Part shown: one piece after another, positions 27,737-41,763 of the stretch | How positions within the stretch are numbered: the stretch's first letter is position 1 | Layout: the number at the start of each line of letters is the position of its first letter | Source: Octopus sinensis | Taxonomy: Eukaryota | Reading direction: 5' to 3' | Assembly (NCBI RefSeq): GCF_006345805.1 | Contig: NC_042998.1 | Span: forward strand, 60,016,001-60,080,000 | Length of the DNA stretch: 64,000 nucleotides | Position numbers and translations under genes: made by a program | The notes under the pieces: generated by a model | What the model saw: only the letters and a program-made list of their open reading frames with translations | The model's database searches: none | Told to the model about the DNA's origin: nothing

Positions 27737-28521
27737 TATATATATATGCTTATAAGTATATATATATATGTATGTACATATGTGTATATATGTAAGTATA
27801 TATGTATATATATGCGTATATATATGCATATAGTGGGGAAATAATTTAAAAAAAAACAATTTAAACTTTTTAAGAGGTCCATAAAAGAAAAATAATGATT
27901 CCTAATAAAGATTCATCATATTCATAAAAAAAAACAGCCTGAGCAAATAATAGGAAAATGAAAATACTAGTTGAAAAATATCGTTATAGGTATAAAAATA
28001 CCATAAACACTTATAGAAAAATGGAGGAGAAAAAGATGTTGCATCAAAATTAGATTTAATGCAAATTTGATTTCATTACACACGCGTGTTTCAAAGGATA
28101 ATACATCTTTTCCTTCTGCATTTTTATATAATCGTTTATGGTATATTTATACCTATAACGATATTTTTAACCACTATTTGTATATAGATATAATGTGTGT
28201 GTGTGCGTGTGTGTGTGTGTGTGTGTGTAGGTATATATATATATGTATGCGTGTATGTATATATGTGTGTGTGTGTGTGTCTCATTGGAATGCAAATAAA
28301 GGGGATAAAGAAAAAGAGAATGAAGAACCGAGAAATCATCTCGAACATATGTTGTGGTTTCAAATTTTGCTGCAATGTCAGCCAGTTCAGGAAGTGATCA
28401 ACTAGTATTTATTTTAGCGATCCCAAATTGGGATTGAAAAGAAAGGAAAAGTCGATCTCAGTGAAATTTGAGCTCAGTATGGAACGACGGCCAACTCACC
28501 GGCTTATCAAAGATATATATA

Positions 28522-28561
<40 letters not shown>

Positions 28562-28564
<3 letters not shown>

Positions 28565-28882
28565 AAAGACTCCGCCGGTTACGACGACGAGGGTCCAGCT
28601 GATACGATCAACGGAACAGCTTGCTCGTGAAATTAACGTGCAAATGGCTGAGCATTCCACAGACACGTGTACCCTTAACGTAGTTCTCGGGGATATCAGC
28701 GTGACACAGAGAGTGACAAGGCTGACCCTTTGAAACAAGTACAACTCATTTTTGCCAGCTGAGTGGACTGGAGCAACGTGAATAAAGTGTCTTGCTCAAG
28801 GACACAACGCGTCGCCGGGAATCGAACTCACAACCTTACGATCATGAGCCGAATGCCCTAACCACTAAGCCACGCGCCCTCA
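28562..28882 (-). mobile_element. tRNA-derived SINE family C (CORE/V/Meta-like central box), full length
   Basis: The head GGCGCGTGGCTTAGTGGTTAGG...GAGTTCGATTCCC carries A and B boxes. It is followed by TTGTGTCCTTGAGCAAGACACTTT...CTCAGCTG...AAATGAGT. Confidence 0.85.
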
Positions 28883-30849
28883 CATATATATATATATATT
28901 AGTATTCATACACGTAAATACTGTTAGTTATAGGGCCATATAGTAATGTCGTCTGCAATTTTTTATAAGATACTAAGGTGTATAGGAGGCACCAATTATG
29001 ACGATTACGTTTCCTCCGACGATGAAATTATTTATTTGGCTTATTATTTCAGTAAACGTAGTATCGTTAATTGCATTGTATCTATGAAAAGTGTAAGTGT
29101 TACAGTTTAGCTAAACGCAAGGAGCCACCAGTATCAAATGTCATCTATGCCTTCATTAACAAACTCCTCAGCTTGCTATGGAGTAATTAGCAGGCTACAT
29201 AATGTCAGTTCGCTAAATGTTATCACTTTTATGCAGGGGAAATTACGAAATGAGCAGAAAAGGGAAAATAACAATTAGTTTATGATTAATGATATTCATT
29301 ATTATTCGATTATTTATTCCACAGTCAGTCATGGAGCAATTAGCAAGCTTGCATAACGTTAATCTGTATAATGTTAACATATTTCATGGAGGGAGCATTA
29401 GAAGCTAGCAAATAAAAAATAACGCTGGGAAAATCACAATTAGCTTATAAATAACGAGCTTCATTTATATTAATTTATTCTACTATTTATCTATTTTTCT
29501 AGTGGCAAACATGAAAGACGAAGTTGTGATGCTTCAGATTTAGTAACTATTTTTCCAGGTCATCATCACGTAACATTTACCAGTAAATAGACTGCAGTTT
29601 TTTTTTATTTATAGGTATAAAAAATTAAAACTTCGACACTAAATAATGCAGAAATTCCGTCTATTGCTAAGGCTTTGTGCGAAGAAGTTTGCTTCGCAAA
29701 CACATGGTTCTCATTGTGTACCATCTTGGGTAAGTGACTTCTATAACCATGGCTGACCAAAATATTGCGAGTGATTTGTTGACGGAAACTGAAAGAATCC
29801 CGATTTGCATTTTTAAAGCATTCCTAGTTTAGCTTTTTTACATAGAACTGACGTTTGTATACATTCGTTTTCGCACGTCCCCGTTGGTGTTGTCTTTTTT
29901 CTCCTTGTATTATATCTTCTCGTTATTCCTCTACGATTCCTACTCTATATCTGCGCGTTCTTTCTCGGGCAGCTTGCAGCCGTGTTTCTTGTGAATCCAT
30001 AGTTTGGGTTAGATTATTCCCTATAAACAAATATGAATCCTTAAGCGAGCAGACGATAAATAATTGCACTGTTGCTCATGCGTTAAGCAATTGTCACTGT
30101 AACTGCCTCCACTTTTCATTTCTCTCTATCTCCTTTTCTTTAACCTCACCACTAGAACATTACCCACTCCTAAATATTGCATCCTAAACATATCTCTTTC
30201 TCTTCCCCTTTCCCTTTTGCTAAATTTTTTACCACGTAATTAGAATTCCTTTCCCACCCCACCGCACGTCTCTCCCTCTCTCTCTCGCATCGTCTTTTTA
30301 TCTACCTTTTCGCTGCTACCTTCAGCTGACCACATGATGCATTTGGTGTAAGTGTATTAATATCAACCACCTATCTTTCTCTTCTTTCTCCACTCCTCCT
30401 TCCCCCAACTCTCTCTCTCTCTCTCTTTCTTACACTTACTCTACCTCTCATTTACTCTACCTTCTCCTCTCTAACTAACTAAAGTATAATAGGAGATTGA
30501 ACAAGCAGATTTTTATATAGATATATTACATCACGACAAGTTAGGGCTATAAACTAGTTTTCTGCTTGAAATAATAGTCGTTTTTATCTCTTTGGTTCTC
30601 GAATGCTTGTTTTTCTTCAGATTTCTCCATAAATTTGAATCTTCTTTTTTTCAAATATCACTTATTCATTTTGTTCTTTGATGGATCTTCAAGGTTGGAT
30701 GATCTTCAAGGTTTGACCTTGCCAGCTTATAACTGTTCAAAATTTTACCTGAAGAGAGTGGATTTATGTAATCTGTAAATTCATCAATAAAGTTCTACCG
30801 AAACTGTTATAGTCAATTTTGAACTCTATTTGTGTTCTTTATATATGTG

Positions 30850-31385
30850 TGTGTGTGCGCGTCTGTGTGTCTTGAGTCTTTGTGTTTGTCTCCTATCACT
30901 GCTTGACAACTGGCGTTGGCATGTTTGCGTCCTTGTAAGATATTGTTTGTTCCTTCTCGAGTCACGTCTGGCTCATAAGGGCCGGTTTCCCGGTTTCCTT
31001 GACGTATAGGTTCCCCACCTGGACGAAACGCCTGTCCGTCGCAGGGGAGCTGCAAGATGCAGGAAGAAAGAGTGAGAGAAAGTTGTGGTGAAAGAGTCAG
31101 CAGAAGTTCGCCATTTCCTTCTGCCAGAGCCTCGTGGAGCTTAGGTGTCTCACTCATAAATGCACACATCACCCGGTCTGAGATTCGAACCCGCGATCTC
31201 TCGACCGCGAGTCCGCTGCTCTAACCACTAGTCCTTGTAACATAGCGGTTCGGTAAAAGCTGCAGTTAGTATAAGTATCAGACTTTAAGGACTTACTGGT
31301 ATCGATTCGTTCGACTAAAATACTTCAAAACAGTGCCCCAGCATGGTCATAGTATAATGACTGAAATAAGTGAAAGATGAAATAC
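30850..31385 (+). mobile_element. SINE family B tail interrupted by a nested SINE
   Basis: GCTTGACAACTGGCGTTGG...GTCCTTGTAA, then the insertion, then CATAGCGGTTCGG... continuing the family B consensus. Confidence 0.75.
30939..31230 (-). mobile_element. tRNA-headed SINE inserted with a 10-bp TSD (GTCCTTGTAA)
   Basis: Head TAGTGGTTAGAGCAGCGG...GGGTTCGAATCTCAG. TSD copies are at 30929-30938 and 31231-31240. Confidence 0.85.
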
Positions 31386-33435
31386 ATACAGATACATAAA
31401 AACACTAATTAAGTTCGGGCTTACATAATTTAATGTGTAGGATATGAAAATGATTTACGGTTCTACCATTTAACCGCCGACCAAATCTTTCATGTCACTT
31501 GATGAGACTGGGTTCAAAACAGCTCCGCAGCCAACTTACTTGTGACGTCACAAGATATTAATTGCACGATAAAATGCACTCTTCGTAATATGGTTATTAT
31601 TAGGAACGAGTACTTGACATTAGAGGAATAAGTGGCAAAGATTATGATCATTGCAATATATCCGAGAGAGATGTGATGGATGCGGTACCTTTAAATATGG
31701 CGCTGCAATCGGTTTTGATTTATCTCAAACTCACAATGTACGAGTGCGACATAGACCCTAACACGCCTGGGAGGTCAGTAACAACAAATAAGAGCCAAAT
31801 TAGATCGTAAATACCCGTCCAACCCATGCCAACATAGAAAGGGAACATAAAAGATCCTGATGCGGTTGTTAATCAGTGAAATCGGTAACTTATTGTTGCA
31901 ATGTAAGATAGTTAAAATGTCTTAAAAGAATATAATCGATCAAACCAATTTTTGTTTACACTTGCTATTTATTATATCAATGAGGGACTGTCCTGGCGGA
32001 AATTGATGAAACTAAGTATTATAAAGTATTTAGTCAGTCCATCTACAACACAGTTTTTCAAATGGTGTAATAATAAACATAATTACCATGACAGCACCAA
32101 TTGATAAATTGATTGGAATGCCACCAAACCTACATAGTACAACAATTAAACTATGACTGTTATAAATGCGAATTTAAGTTATCACTCAATACCATTATTG
32201 TTTACATTCTGAATCTGAAATTTTGTTGTTACATTCTACTGCATTTCTCGACTTTTTTTCTACGCATTTTTCAATGCATTTGCATTTGTGTTTGTAATCA
32301 AGTCTGTAATCAAAGTTGCGCCTTATTCAATAATACATTGTTAAGTAAAGATTTCCAAAATCTGAAATTTTCGGGTAAAGAAAGAAACTAAATTTCAATA
32401 CGTACTGTGGTCGATTCGTTCGACTAAATTTATTCAAGTTGGTTCCCCAGCATTGCCGCAGTCTAATAACTGAAATAATTAAGAGATAAAAGATGAAATT
32501 ATTTATTAGTATCTACAATCTGTTAACAAGGCACTGACTTATAGTTAACAATCAGCTTCTTTATAAACAGAATTAAAAAGACTTGAAAGACGTTTAATAA
32601 GCGAAGTGCACAAATATTTGTCATACATACATATACATATGAAAGGAAAGAGAGAAAGAGGGGGAAAGAGAAAGAAGAAAGGAATGAGTGTAACAGAAAG
32701 AGATTAAGAGAAACAGGGACAGAGAGACACAAACACAGAGAATGAGTTATTGAATGTATGTGTCTAGGCTTATATCTTTCCTATTCGTTGAACAATTACA
32801 TTATGTAGCTTTCCTGATTCCATTTATGATATTACAAGTAAGATCTTTTCCCAGACGTATATTATATGAAGAGATTTATTGTCATGCGAATCCGTGCAGT
32901 TGAAATAATTAACACTTAATCCTAAACCTTTTGTATGTGTTTTATGGGATTAACTTCCTGGTAGTCTCAATGTCTGTTGCGAAAGATTTTACTTGCAGAA
33001 GATCCGCCCAGCTGATAGAGCTTGCTAAAATGTGGAACGGAATTGATAATGGCCTTTTTGGTGATTAATTAAATTTATGCTGGTATATTTTAAATCATAA
33101 TTCTTAGATTACAACACACCTCTCTTCACTTTCACTATGGTTTCTTTTTAATTTTATATAATAAATGAAAAATATATACAGGCTATGTGCATTAATCTTA
33201 ACTATACACGTAAATACATACATATATATATATATTATATATATATATAGTGTATACATGCATTACAAAATAGTCAATGCACACTTGTCGTCACCCTTAT
33301 TAACGCCCGTTCATTCACAGGTGATACTACTCTTCATTTCTCCGTAAACCCTTGTACCGATTAGTCATACAAGCGCTTCCTAGATACTTTACACGAATCA
33401 TACACTGAAAGAGACCTCGGAAGCATCCTCTATTG

Positions 33436-33786
33436 CAAGGGTTCTCGACCATTTTTTATCTATGGACCCCTTTGATTACTATTCTATTCTGGTGGACCCC
33501 CATAGTTATTCAATGTTTACAAACTTGTTTTATAGATATTTATTTCAAAATTCCTATTTTGTTTTTCAGACATTCACTTATGCAGGTTGAACTATGTAAA
33601 ATGTCAGAGAAAGAAGCTGAACTTTTTCTTGCAACATATACCAACATATACATCTAAAGCAAAATGTTTTCAAGGATCCTTAAAAGACTATATTAGATCT
33701 TTAATTTATTATTTTGTTGCGTTCCCACCCCACAAAAACTTATATTGCCCCTCAAGAGCCATATAGACCCCGGTCGAGAACCACTG
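33436..33786. mobile_element. hAT (Charlie-like) MITE with perfect 8-bp TSD CTCTATTG
   Basis: TIRs are CAAGGGTTCTCGACC and GGTCGAGAACCACTG. TSD copies are at 33428-33435 and 33787-33794. Confidence 0.9.
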
Positions 33787-34044
33787 CTCTATTGAGTTCA
33801 AAGCAATCTTGTCTCCTTTAACTGCACAGAGTCAAAAGCACTAAACACTTTACGCAAACTAATACTGCTGCTCCTATACATTACATGCAAATAATGTGCT
33901 GCAACAATCCTCGTAGCCGCTACAAGGGTAAGCCATAACAATTACTTAAGAATTATCCCAGTGAATGTACATCGTCATCTAAAATTGCAACATCAAAACT
34001 TGCTGTTGATTTCAACGACAGAAAATATTTCAAACTCCAGCAAC

Positions 34045-34150
34045 CAGTAACTCTCTACAAAATGCAAATGAGACCAACATCTGAATACTGCCCCCACATC
34101 TATGTGGATGCTGTAGCTATACACATAGACCATCTAGATTTCAATGACTA
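34045..34150 (+). mobile_element. Tiny CR1/Jockey-like RT C-terminal fragment
   Basis: LYKMQMRPTSEYCPHIY...IDHLD resembles LYKxxVRPxxEYCSxxW...LD. Confidence 0.45.
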
Positions 34151-34726
34151 GAACGAACTCCAAATGGAAGAAAAGTTATTTTGATGTTGCATACGAGGTG
34201 AGAAATATTCCTATAACACCCTACAGATGATAAATATGTACATTTTTGTGAATGAAACTGACGTATGTCAGGTTGTTTTGATATATGATATTCATTATAT
34301 AAAAGATTATGTATCATATAAGGTTGGTTGAAAAATCACTCAGTGATTCACATCTGTCAGTGATTAGTTTGCACCATAAAGTCATTGTGAATTATCGTTG
34401 AATAGTGAATGTTAAGAAGCAAGAATATTGGTTATTTAGACACACGCACACACACACACAAACATACACAAACATACGCAAGCACTCACACACGCACGTA
34501 CACACACACACACACACTGAGGCACACACAAACACACATACACACTTTACGTTTCTGAATTTTTTTTACAAATGTATATTGCGATTCGAACACAGCATAC
34601 AAACTCTAATGTGATGGTTATTGGGAAACTACGTCGAGCATAGGAGGGGAGTGTTTAACCGCTTTCTGAGCCCCAAACCCATGGTAACATGCCAAGTTCT
34701 CCAGCATACTTTCATGCATACATACA

Positions 34727-34758
<32 letters not shown>

Positions 34759-35132
34759 ATTATGTGTATATATATCATACTTACAGATATGTATGTTTGC
34801 ATGATATATATATATATATATGTGTGTGTGTATGTGTGTGTGTTGTGTGTAACCAGAGGATATATTATATTATGATGGAAAAAGCTACTTATTAATTAGG
34901 TATGTAACAGCTACTAAAAGAAAGCAATTATTAAAGAATTGACCGTCTGGATTTTTTTTATAAATTCATGTTCCCACAAATTTCATGTAATTTCAATTTT
35001 TGAAGATTGTTGAGTATTTGGACTACAAGTTTTCACAAATTTAAATATTCGTTGCATTCACTGTGGAGTAGATTTAATAAGCAATGATAATTCGTTGCAT
35101 GTGAAATTTAAAAAGAATTATACGTAATTCCA

Positions 35133-35168
<36 letters not shown>

Positions 35169-35314
35169 ATTGTGAATAGAAGATAATAATCTTGTTGTAG
35201 ATTAATCAAAAGTTAACCGATACCTTAGTAGCAAAAATCACAGCAGTAAACAGCACGGTTGGAGGTACAACCATCTGGCGTTGCAACCGTGCGTTGGTGC
35301 GGATAATTGAAATT

Positions 35315-35765
35315 AAAACATATTGGTGAATTGAAGAAATGGAGCTGAACGCAGATTGAACAGAATCGTTTTATTTCATCTAACGTGTTTCGAAAGGCAC
35401 AAATTACCAAAATCCGATTGAATAATGGGACCATATTGTGTCTTTCTCTCAGGAAGAAAAAAGGAAATCCGTTAGAGAAACAAAAACAGAACAGAGGCGG
35501 AGCAAAAACCAAATCGAACTATGCTCCTAAGAGCCCATGGCGAGTTTCGCCATGGGCTCTTAGGAGCATAGTCGATTTGGTTTTTGCTCCGCCTCTGTTC
35601 TGTTTTTGTTTCTCTAACGGATTCCTTTTTTCTTCCAAGAGAAAGACACAATATGGTCCCATTATCAATCGGATTTGGTAATTTGTGCCTTTCGAAACAC
35701 GTGTAGAATGAAATAAAACGATTTCTGTTCAATCTGCGTCAGCTCCATTTCTTCAATTCACCAAT

Positions 35766-35773
<8 letters not shown>
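35315..35773. repeat. ~460-bp fold-back palindrome (arms ~228 bp, 3-nt loop GTT at 35544-35546) built from Penelope-like 3' repeats, each arm with a degenerate hammerhead
   Basis: The arms are near-perfect reverse complements. 35338-35460 is homologous to the PLE end at 61021-61146. The HHR remnants lie at 35376-35455 (minus) and 35633-35708 (+). Confidence 0.9.
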
Positions 35774-35823
<50 letters not shown>

Positions 35824-36282
35824 TGAATGAATGAATGCTATTAGACAAAATACCTTTGATATTTATTGTTTTGATGAAATGAAAAGTTTTTAATATACCG
35901 GTATAATTAAAAAAGTTAAGGAGTGATTTACTTGGTATGGCTGTTTGGGACGTTATAAGCTCTACAATAATAACTATGTGGTCGCTGCTATTTCTAGTAC
36001 GCTAAAACTTGTAGTGTGTTTAAATTATAGATATATTACGACTACGATAAATTACTGAAAGATATCTAATAAGCAAGTGAGATTTTTTTTATTAATTGAA
36101 GTTTTCAGGAAATCTAATTTCGGAACTTCTTTTTATTATTGAATATTTCGAGTTCACAAATTTGAATATTCGGTACATGATAGTTTTAACGAGCATATAT
36201 TTAAGCGATATTTTCATTTCATGTTTATTTTATTCATTGTTTGCAATGTTCTCTCCCTCCATCTGTATGTATCTCTCTCTCT

Positions 36283-36326
<44 letters not shown>

Positions 36327-36328
36327 TG

Positions 36329-36429
36329 TCTCTTTAATATAAACACACGCACAATATCTGTGTAATATAAACTCACACACGCCAGATTTCACTGGCAGAA
36401 AACCGCCTGGAGGGCGGACTTTCTACTAG
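36329..36429 (+). mobile_element. Candidate mini-Helitron
   Basis: The 5' TCTCTTTAATATAAAC resembles the 5' end of the Helitron at 55471. A GC hairpin CCGCC(TGGAG)GGCGG lies at 36403-36417, followed by CTAG (36426-36429) and then T. Confidence 0.5.
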
Positions 36430-37445
36430 TATATTTAATAAATATAGGATTTAAATTTGAGTTCTTATTAGTTTCCTGTTGTGAAAGGACAGTGATTAGG
36501 AAAGCTTGTGTAGTGTGATGTGTGTTTCCAAGTGATTTACAGTCTCAAATATGCTACATTAATGGTTTTCATTTTAAAAAGATAGAGAAAATAGGCTGGT
36601 ATTGGGAGAAAGCAATAGAAAAGACGCTTGTATTCACAAAAAATAATAGGAGAGAGGACAAGAAGGTGACAGAACAAAAAAATGGAATGAGAAAAGAATA
36701 AAGAATTACAAGTTACATTCCATTAGCCAGTTCGAATCAGAATTAATATTGATTGGTTAAGTTAATTCAACGGACAGATTTGTGAGCTTGCATGTTTAAT
36801 CCGAAGGGAGCGGTGTTTTCCTGTTCAACAAGAAAAAATATGATAAGATGCTTTCATTTAATAATTGCAGATTTGTAATTTAATAGGTCAGTAATGTACT
36901 TAGATCTGAAAAGAATATGAGAAATTTCGGCTAAAAAATGCTTGCATATAGTTAAATTTAACATATCACATTCATTCGCACATCGAAATATGATATGCTA
37001 CACAAGTTGTCTCGAGAGAAACGATTTTCCTTACAGCCAATATGGGTGCAAATACACCACTAAACATGTGTTTCTGCGCGGTTACACATCAACAACTGCA
37101 TATGTCAAGCTTTCGTTCGTGGCCGCTAAGAGCTAGTCGTTCTTAATTAGAATGGTACCATTTGGCGAATGGCACCATTTGGCTAGGTGGTATTTACACC
37201 TATATTATCTATAAGGAGAATATCTATAAGGTTAACTATAAGGAGAATATCTTATCTTGTGCAGCATTTTATCTTTCCATGTTCGAATGTACAGACGGCT
37301 CTAATCAACATACGCACACACACACACATATACATATGTATATATGTGTGTGTTTGTGTATGTATATATGTATTTATATATATATGCATATATGTGTATA
37401 TATACATGCGTATACACATTGGTAGATACATAAATACATATATAA

Positions 37446-37885
37446 GCTGTCTATCACGGAACAATAGTCGGATTACTACCTCCCACCTTGAAGGGTATGC
37501 TTTTGCCATCCAGGAACAGGAAATATCAACCTAATACCTGATGCACAAAAGGAATAGAGATGCAGGAAAAACACAACAGACCTGATATAATGATTTGGGG
37601 TAGGAAAGAGAAACTGTGCTCATTTGTGGAAATTACCTGCCCAGCAGATGTTAACATAAAGCTGAATATCAGTGAAATATAGAACACCTATGCTGAAATC
37701 TGCAGTTACTCTATCCGGATTACAAGTCCAGTTTTATACCTGTAATAAATGGGACACTGGAATATGTAACACACTGCCTAAATACCAATCTTGAGAAATT
37801 AGGCTTCTCAAAACCAGAGAGGAGAAAGCTAATTCGAAGACTACAGATCCACTGGAACTGTAAAATATTTCAAACAATAAAAAAT
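37446..37885 (+). mobile_element. RLE-type LINE (R4/Dong-like) 3' fragment with internal deletions
   Basis: SHLEGYAFAIQEQEIST, then RPDIMIWGRKEKLC..VEITCPADVN, a PD-(D/E)xK endonuclease motif. Confidence 0.65.
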
Positions 37886-38115
37886 CTGTAAAATTTTCCA
37901 GAAGTTTATCATTTAAATATATATGAGCATGTCTAGATATGCAACTATATGCATGAGGATACATACATAAAGCAAAACATACATATTTGCATATATCCAT
38001 AGAAATAAAAATACCCTGTTGTTGATGTTGAAATTCCAATAAAGGAGCTTTGGATCTAGGTTAGAAACCGGCTCGTTCTCTGATGGCAAGACATCTTGAA
38101 ATGAAACTGAACAAT

Positions 38116-38181
<66 letters not shown>

Positions 38182-38833
38182 CATTCATACATACATACAT
38201 ACATACATACATACATACATGCATGTATACATACATACATACGTACGTACATATGTACAAAGGCATCTTTAAATCTGATGGATCAGTTGCTACTGAGACA
38301 ACCCACTCTTCAACGATCGAATTCTGTTTTGACAAAAATTTAATGCGCTTCTTTATATCAGCTAATGGCCGCGATTTGAAATCATTCCTTTACATCAAGT
38401 GGCTTTCAATTTGTAAAATATTTCAAACAATCAAAACGTGTAAATATTCTTTCCATTTCTGTTGGTGAATTTGTCGTTGCCCACCCCCATAATTTAGTTT
38501 GTGAATTTCTAGTTTGAAATGTAGAATTTTATTCGTTTCAAAGTCATGCAAATAATTACGTGTAACAATATAAATAAGACTTAGTTTTTCACAATGAATT
38601 ATAAATGAGACATAATAATAAAAAAAAAAGAAAAACTGTACTATCGTAAAAAGCATACATATTTATAAATCTTGATCATTTTCATTCTATAATTGCTTTA
38701 ATACAGCAGTTTGTTGTAATAAATGGGGTTTCTTAGGCATCTTCTCGAATACAAAGTAGAATTGTTGAACAAATAGACAAAATAATGAAATGTGATATAC
38801 AGCAATGTAACACGCTACACTTTCGCACATAGT

Positions 38834-39061
38834 CTTTACTCTTTTACTTGTATCAGTCATTTGACTGTGGCCATGCTGGAGCACCACCTTTAGTCGAGCA
38901 AATCGACCCCAGGACTTATTCTTTGTAAGCCTAGTACTTATTCTATCGGTCTCTTTTGCCGAACCGCTAAGTTACGGGGATGTAAACACACCAGCATCGG
39001 TTGTCAAGCGATGTTGGGGGGCAAACACAAACACAAACAGATACACATACACACACACACA

Positions 39062-39128
<67 letters not shown>

Positions 39129-39312
39129 GGAGAGAGAGAGAGAGATACGACGGGCTTCTTTCAGTTTCCGTCTACTAAATTCACTCACAAGGCTTTGGTC
39201 GGCCTGAGGCTATAGTAGAAGACACTTGCCCAAGGTGCCACGCAGTGGGACTGAACCCGGAACTATGTGGTTCGTAAGCAAGCTACTTACCACACAGTCA
39301 CTCCTACGCCTA
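38834..39312 (-). mobile_element. tRNA-derived SINE family B, full length, with internal (TA)/(TG) microsatellite
   Basis: Head GGCGTAGGAGTGACTGTGTGGTAAG...GGGTTCAGTCCC, followed by ACCTTGGGCAAGTGTCTT. The tail ends in AAGTAAAAGAGTAAAG. Confidence 0.9.
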
Positions 39313-40589
39313 CGACATAATACGAGTTTTCTTTTATCTTCGTAATACTTTTCATATTACATTATTGGTTGCAACTGTTATATAGGCCTGGGAGTATTGA
39401 CAACAGTAGGATTTGCATTCAAATATTCGAAAGATTATACTAAGTAAAAAAAAAGGATCTTAACTGTTAATATATCTTCGAATACGTCGACCTTAAAACT
39501 TGAATTATGCTGATGATTTTTTTGTTTAAAGTCGGTCATAAATAATGCACGGAAGACGGCTTAGTACTTCAAATAGATTTCAGTACTTAGGTAATGCTCA
39601 TTTTATTGACCCATACAGATGAAAATACACAACTTTGCGTTGCGAAAAATGAAATTTTTGGACAAAATGCTTATTTACCATGCTTTACTCTATCCAATTA
39701 TTTATTGATTTGGCCATCAACCGCTCTTAAATTTATTTAAATAAGGAAGAAAAATGGTACCTCTACTTGATGGTTTTATTTACAAAACAAGAACACACAG
39801 TTAAATATTCTTTCAAATCATGTTGTATTATAAATGCTTAATATAGACTTAGATATACTATACTTGAAAAATGATAGTGTGGTCATAATTAGAACACTTT
39901 CTATTATATGCGATCCAATGACGCTAACTTGGGATTAAACATCAGCAATAACAACAATTTTAACAGTTTCCACTTTAGTATAAAAAAACTACATACTTTG
40001 AAGGTGACTTGACGACACAAATGAATCTTACACTTCACTAGTGTGTTCATCACTAAGGTGACCAAATCAGGTCGAAACACCGTGTCTCGCGACACCCCAG
40101 TATTTTTAATGTATAAGCCACTGATAAATTTCCTCTGAGACAAAATATTACAATTAATGCAGCCCGCGTTTGTTTACATACCAGCAACATTATACACAGA
40201 AATATATTTTACAGAAACTTCATCTTGCAGCCTCGGAAGGACTGGAAGCCGAAACGTGAACGATTTGAACTAAGCACAACAAAATATCCAAGTTATTTTA
40301 TCCGACGCACTACTTATTCCAGTATGTGCCATTTGGTTACTTAAATCTAAAATAATTATTTTTCGTATATGTCTAAAGTCATAGATGTTGGACAAGGGCA
40401 TCATCGAATAAATCTGCCACTAGTACACAACTGGTGTTTATTTCATCGACCCCCGGAAGGATGAAAGCAGGATCAACCTATCGGAATGCGAACTCCGAAG
40501 GTAAAGAGCCGAAGCTAACATGGTAAAGGTTTCCTTTAGATGTTATGACGTTTCTGCTTCTTTTGCCCCAAGAGTTAAATCTGAAATAA

Positions 40590-40995
40590 CCCTTTCTACT
40601 ATAGGCACAAGGCCTAAAAATTTGGGGTCTAGTCAATTATATTGACCTCAGAGTTTTGGCGTAAGGCGGCGAGCTGGCAGAATCGTTAGCGCGCCGGGCG
40701 AAATGCGTAGCTGTATTTCGTCTGCCGTTACGTTCTGAGTTCAAATTCCGCCGAGGTCGACTTTGCCTTTCATCCTTTCGGGGTCGATAAATTAAGTACT
40801 AGTTACTCACTGGGGTCGATGTAATCGACTTAATACCTATGTCTGTCCTGGTTTGTCCCCTCTATGTTTAGCCCCTTGTGGGTAATAAAGAAATAGGTAC
40901 TTAATTTAAAAGATGAAAAGCAAAGCCGACCTCGGCGGAATTTGAACTCAGAACATAAAGACAGACGAAGTGCCGCTACGGCAGGCTAACGATTA
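40590..40995. mobile_element. Young SINE family A (+, ~40650-40896) nested in an older family A copy (minus)
   Basis: The older copy is interrupted between ...GACCTCAG and GTACTTAATT.... Confidence 0.8.
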
Positions 40996-41556
40996 TCTGA
41001 AATAATATAATAAGTTTATATTTAATACAACACACTCTGCTAACTGGGAGTAAAGTAATTATAACAGTCAGTGATGTATATATGTTCACTAGTTATTTAT
41101 TTATTTATCAATAGTTTGGTTAAACGTTGATTAAGAATTAAATATCGTATTACTTGATTGTAATGAAATTTTGACACACTACCGCTTTTAAGATATAAAC
41201 ATTTATATTTTTAACATCAGTTGATTTTGCTTATTGACTAACAAGACAAATAACATCTAAATGGCCACTGCAAAATATTGTGAACGAATTTTGATCGACT
41301 GTGTTCAATGCTGTTTTTCTAATTTACGAAATTATTTTGTTCATGTATGTATGTTGGAACGGGGTTATACTCTGTACATAAATGCATTATATGTAGCTAG
41401 AAAGTTAATACATACTTTAACGTTCTGTGAAACATACGTATATGTGTATGGACGTATGAGCGTTTGTTATCTACAAATTTGTGTTAGAATATATAAATAT
41501 ATATATATGTGTGTATATACATACATAAATATATACATACATATATATATATATAC

Positions 41557-41587
<31 letters not shown>

Positions 41588-41690
41588 TATACATACATAT
41601 CTACATATATATATATATACACATACATATATATACATATATACACATACATATATATACATATATACATATATATACATACATATACAT

Positions 41691-41763
<73 letters not shown>

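Noticed and set aside
28780-28882. tRNA genes (also ~31150-31230, ~49915-49985, ~53170-53250)
   Set aside because: A and B boxes are present, but I could not complete a cloverleaf, and each continues into a SINE body or AAT tail.
41261-41460. [27 protein letters not shown] considered as a GPCR TM2 (TNYFIV) exon
   Set aside because: It lacks the surrounding GN...LAxAD motifs and runs into a microsatellite.
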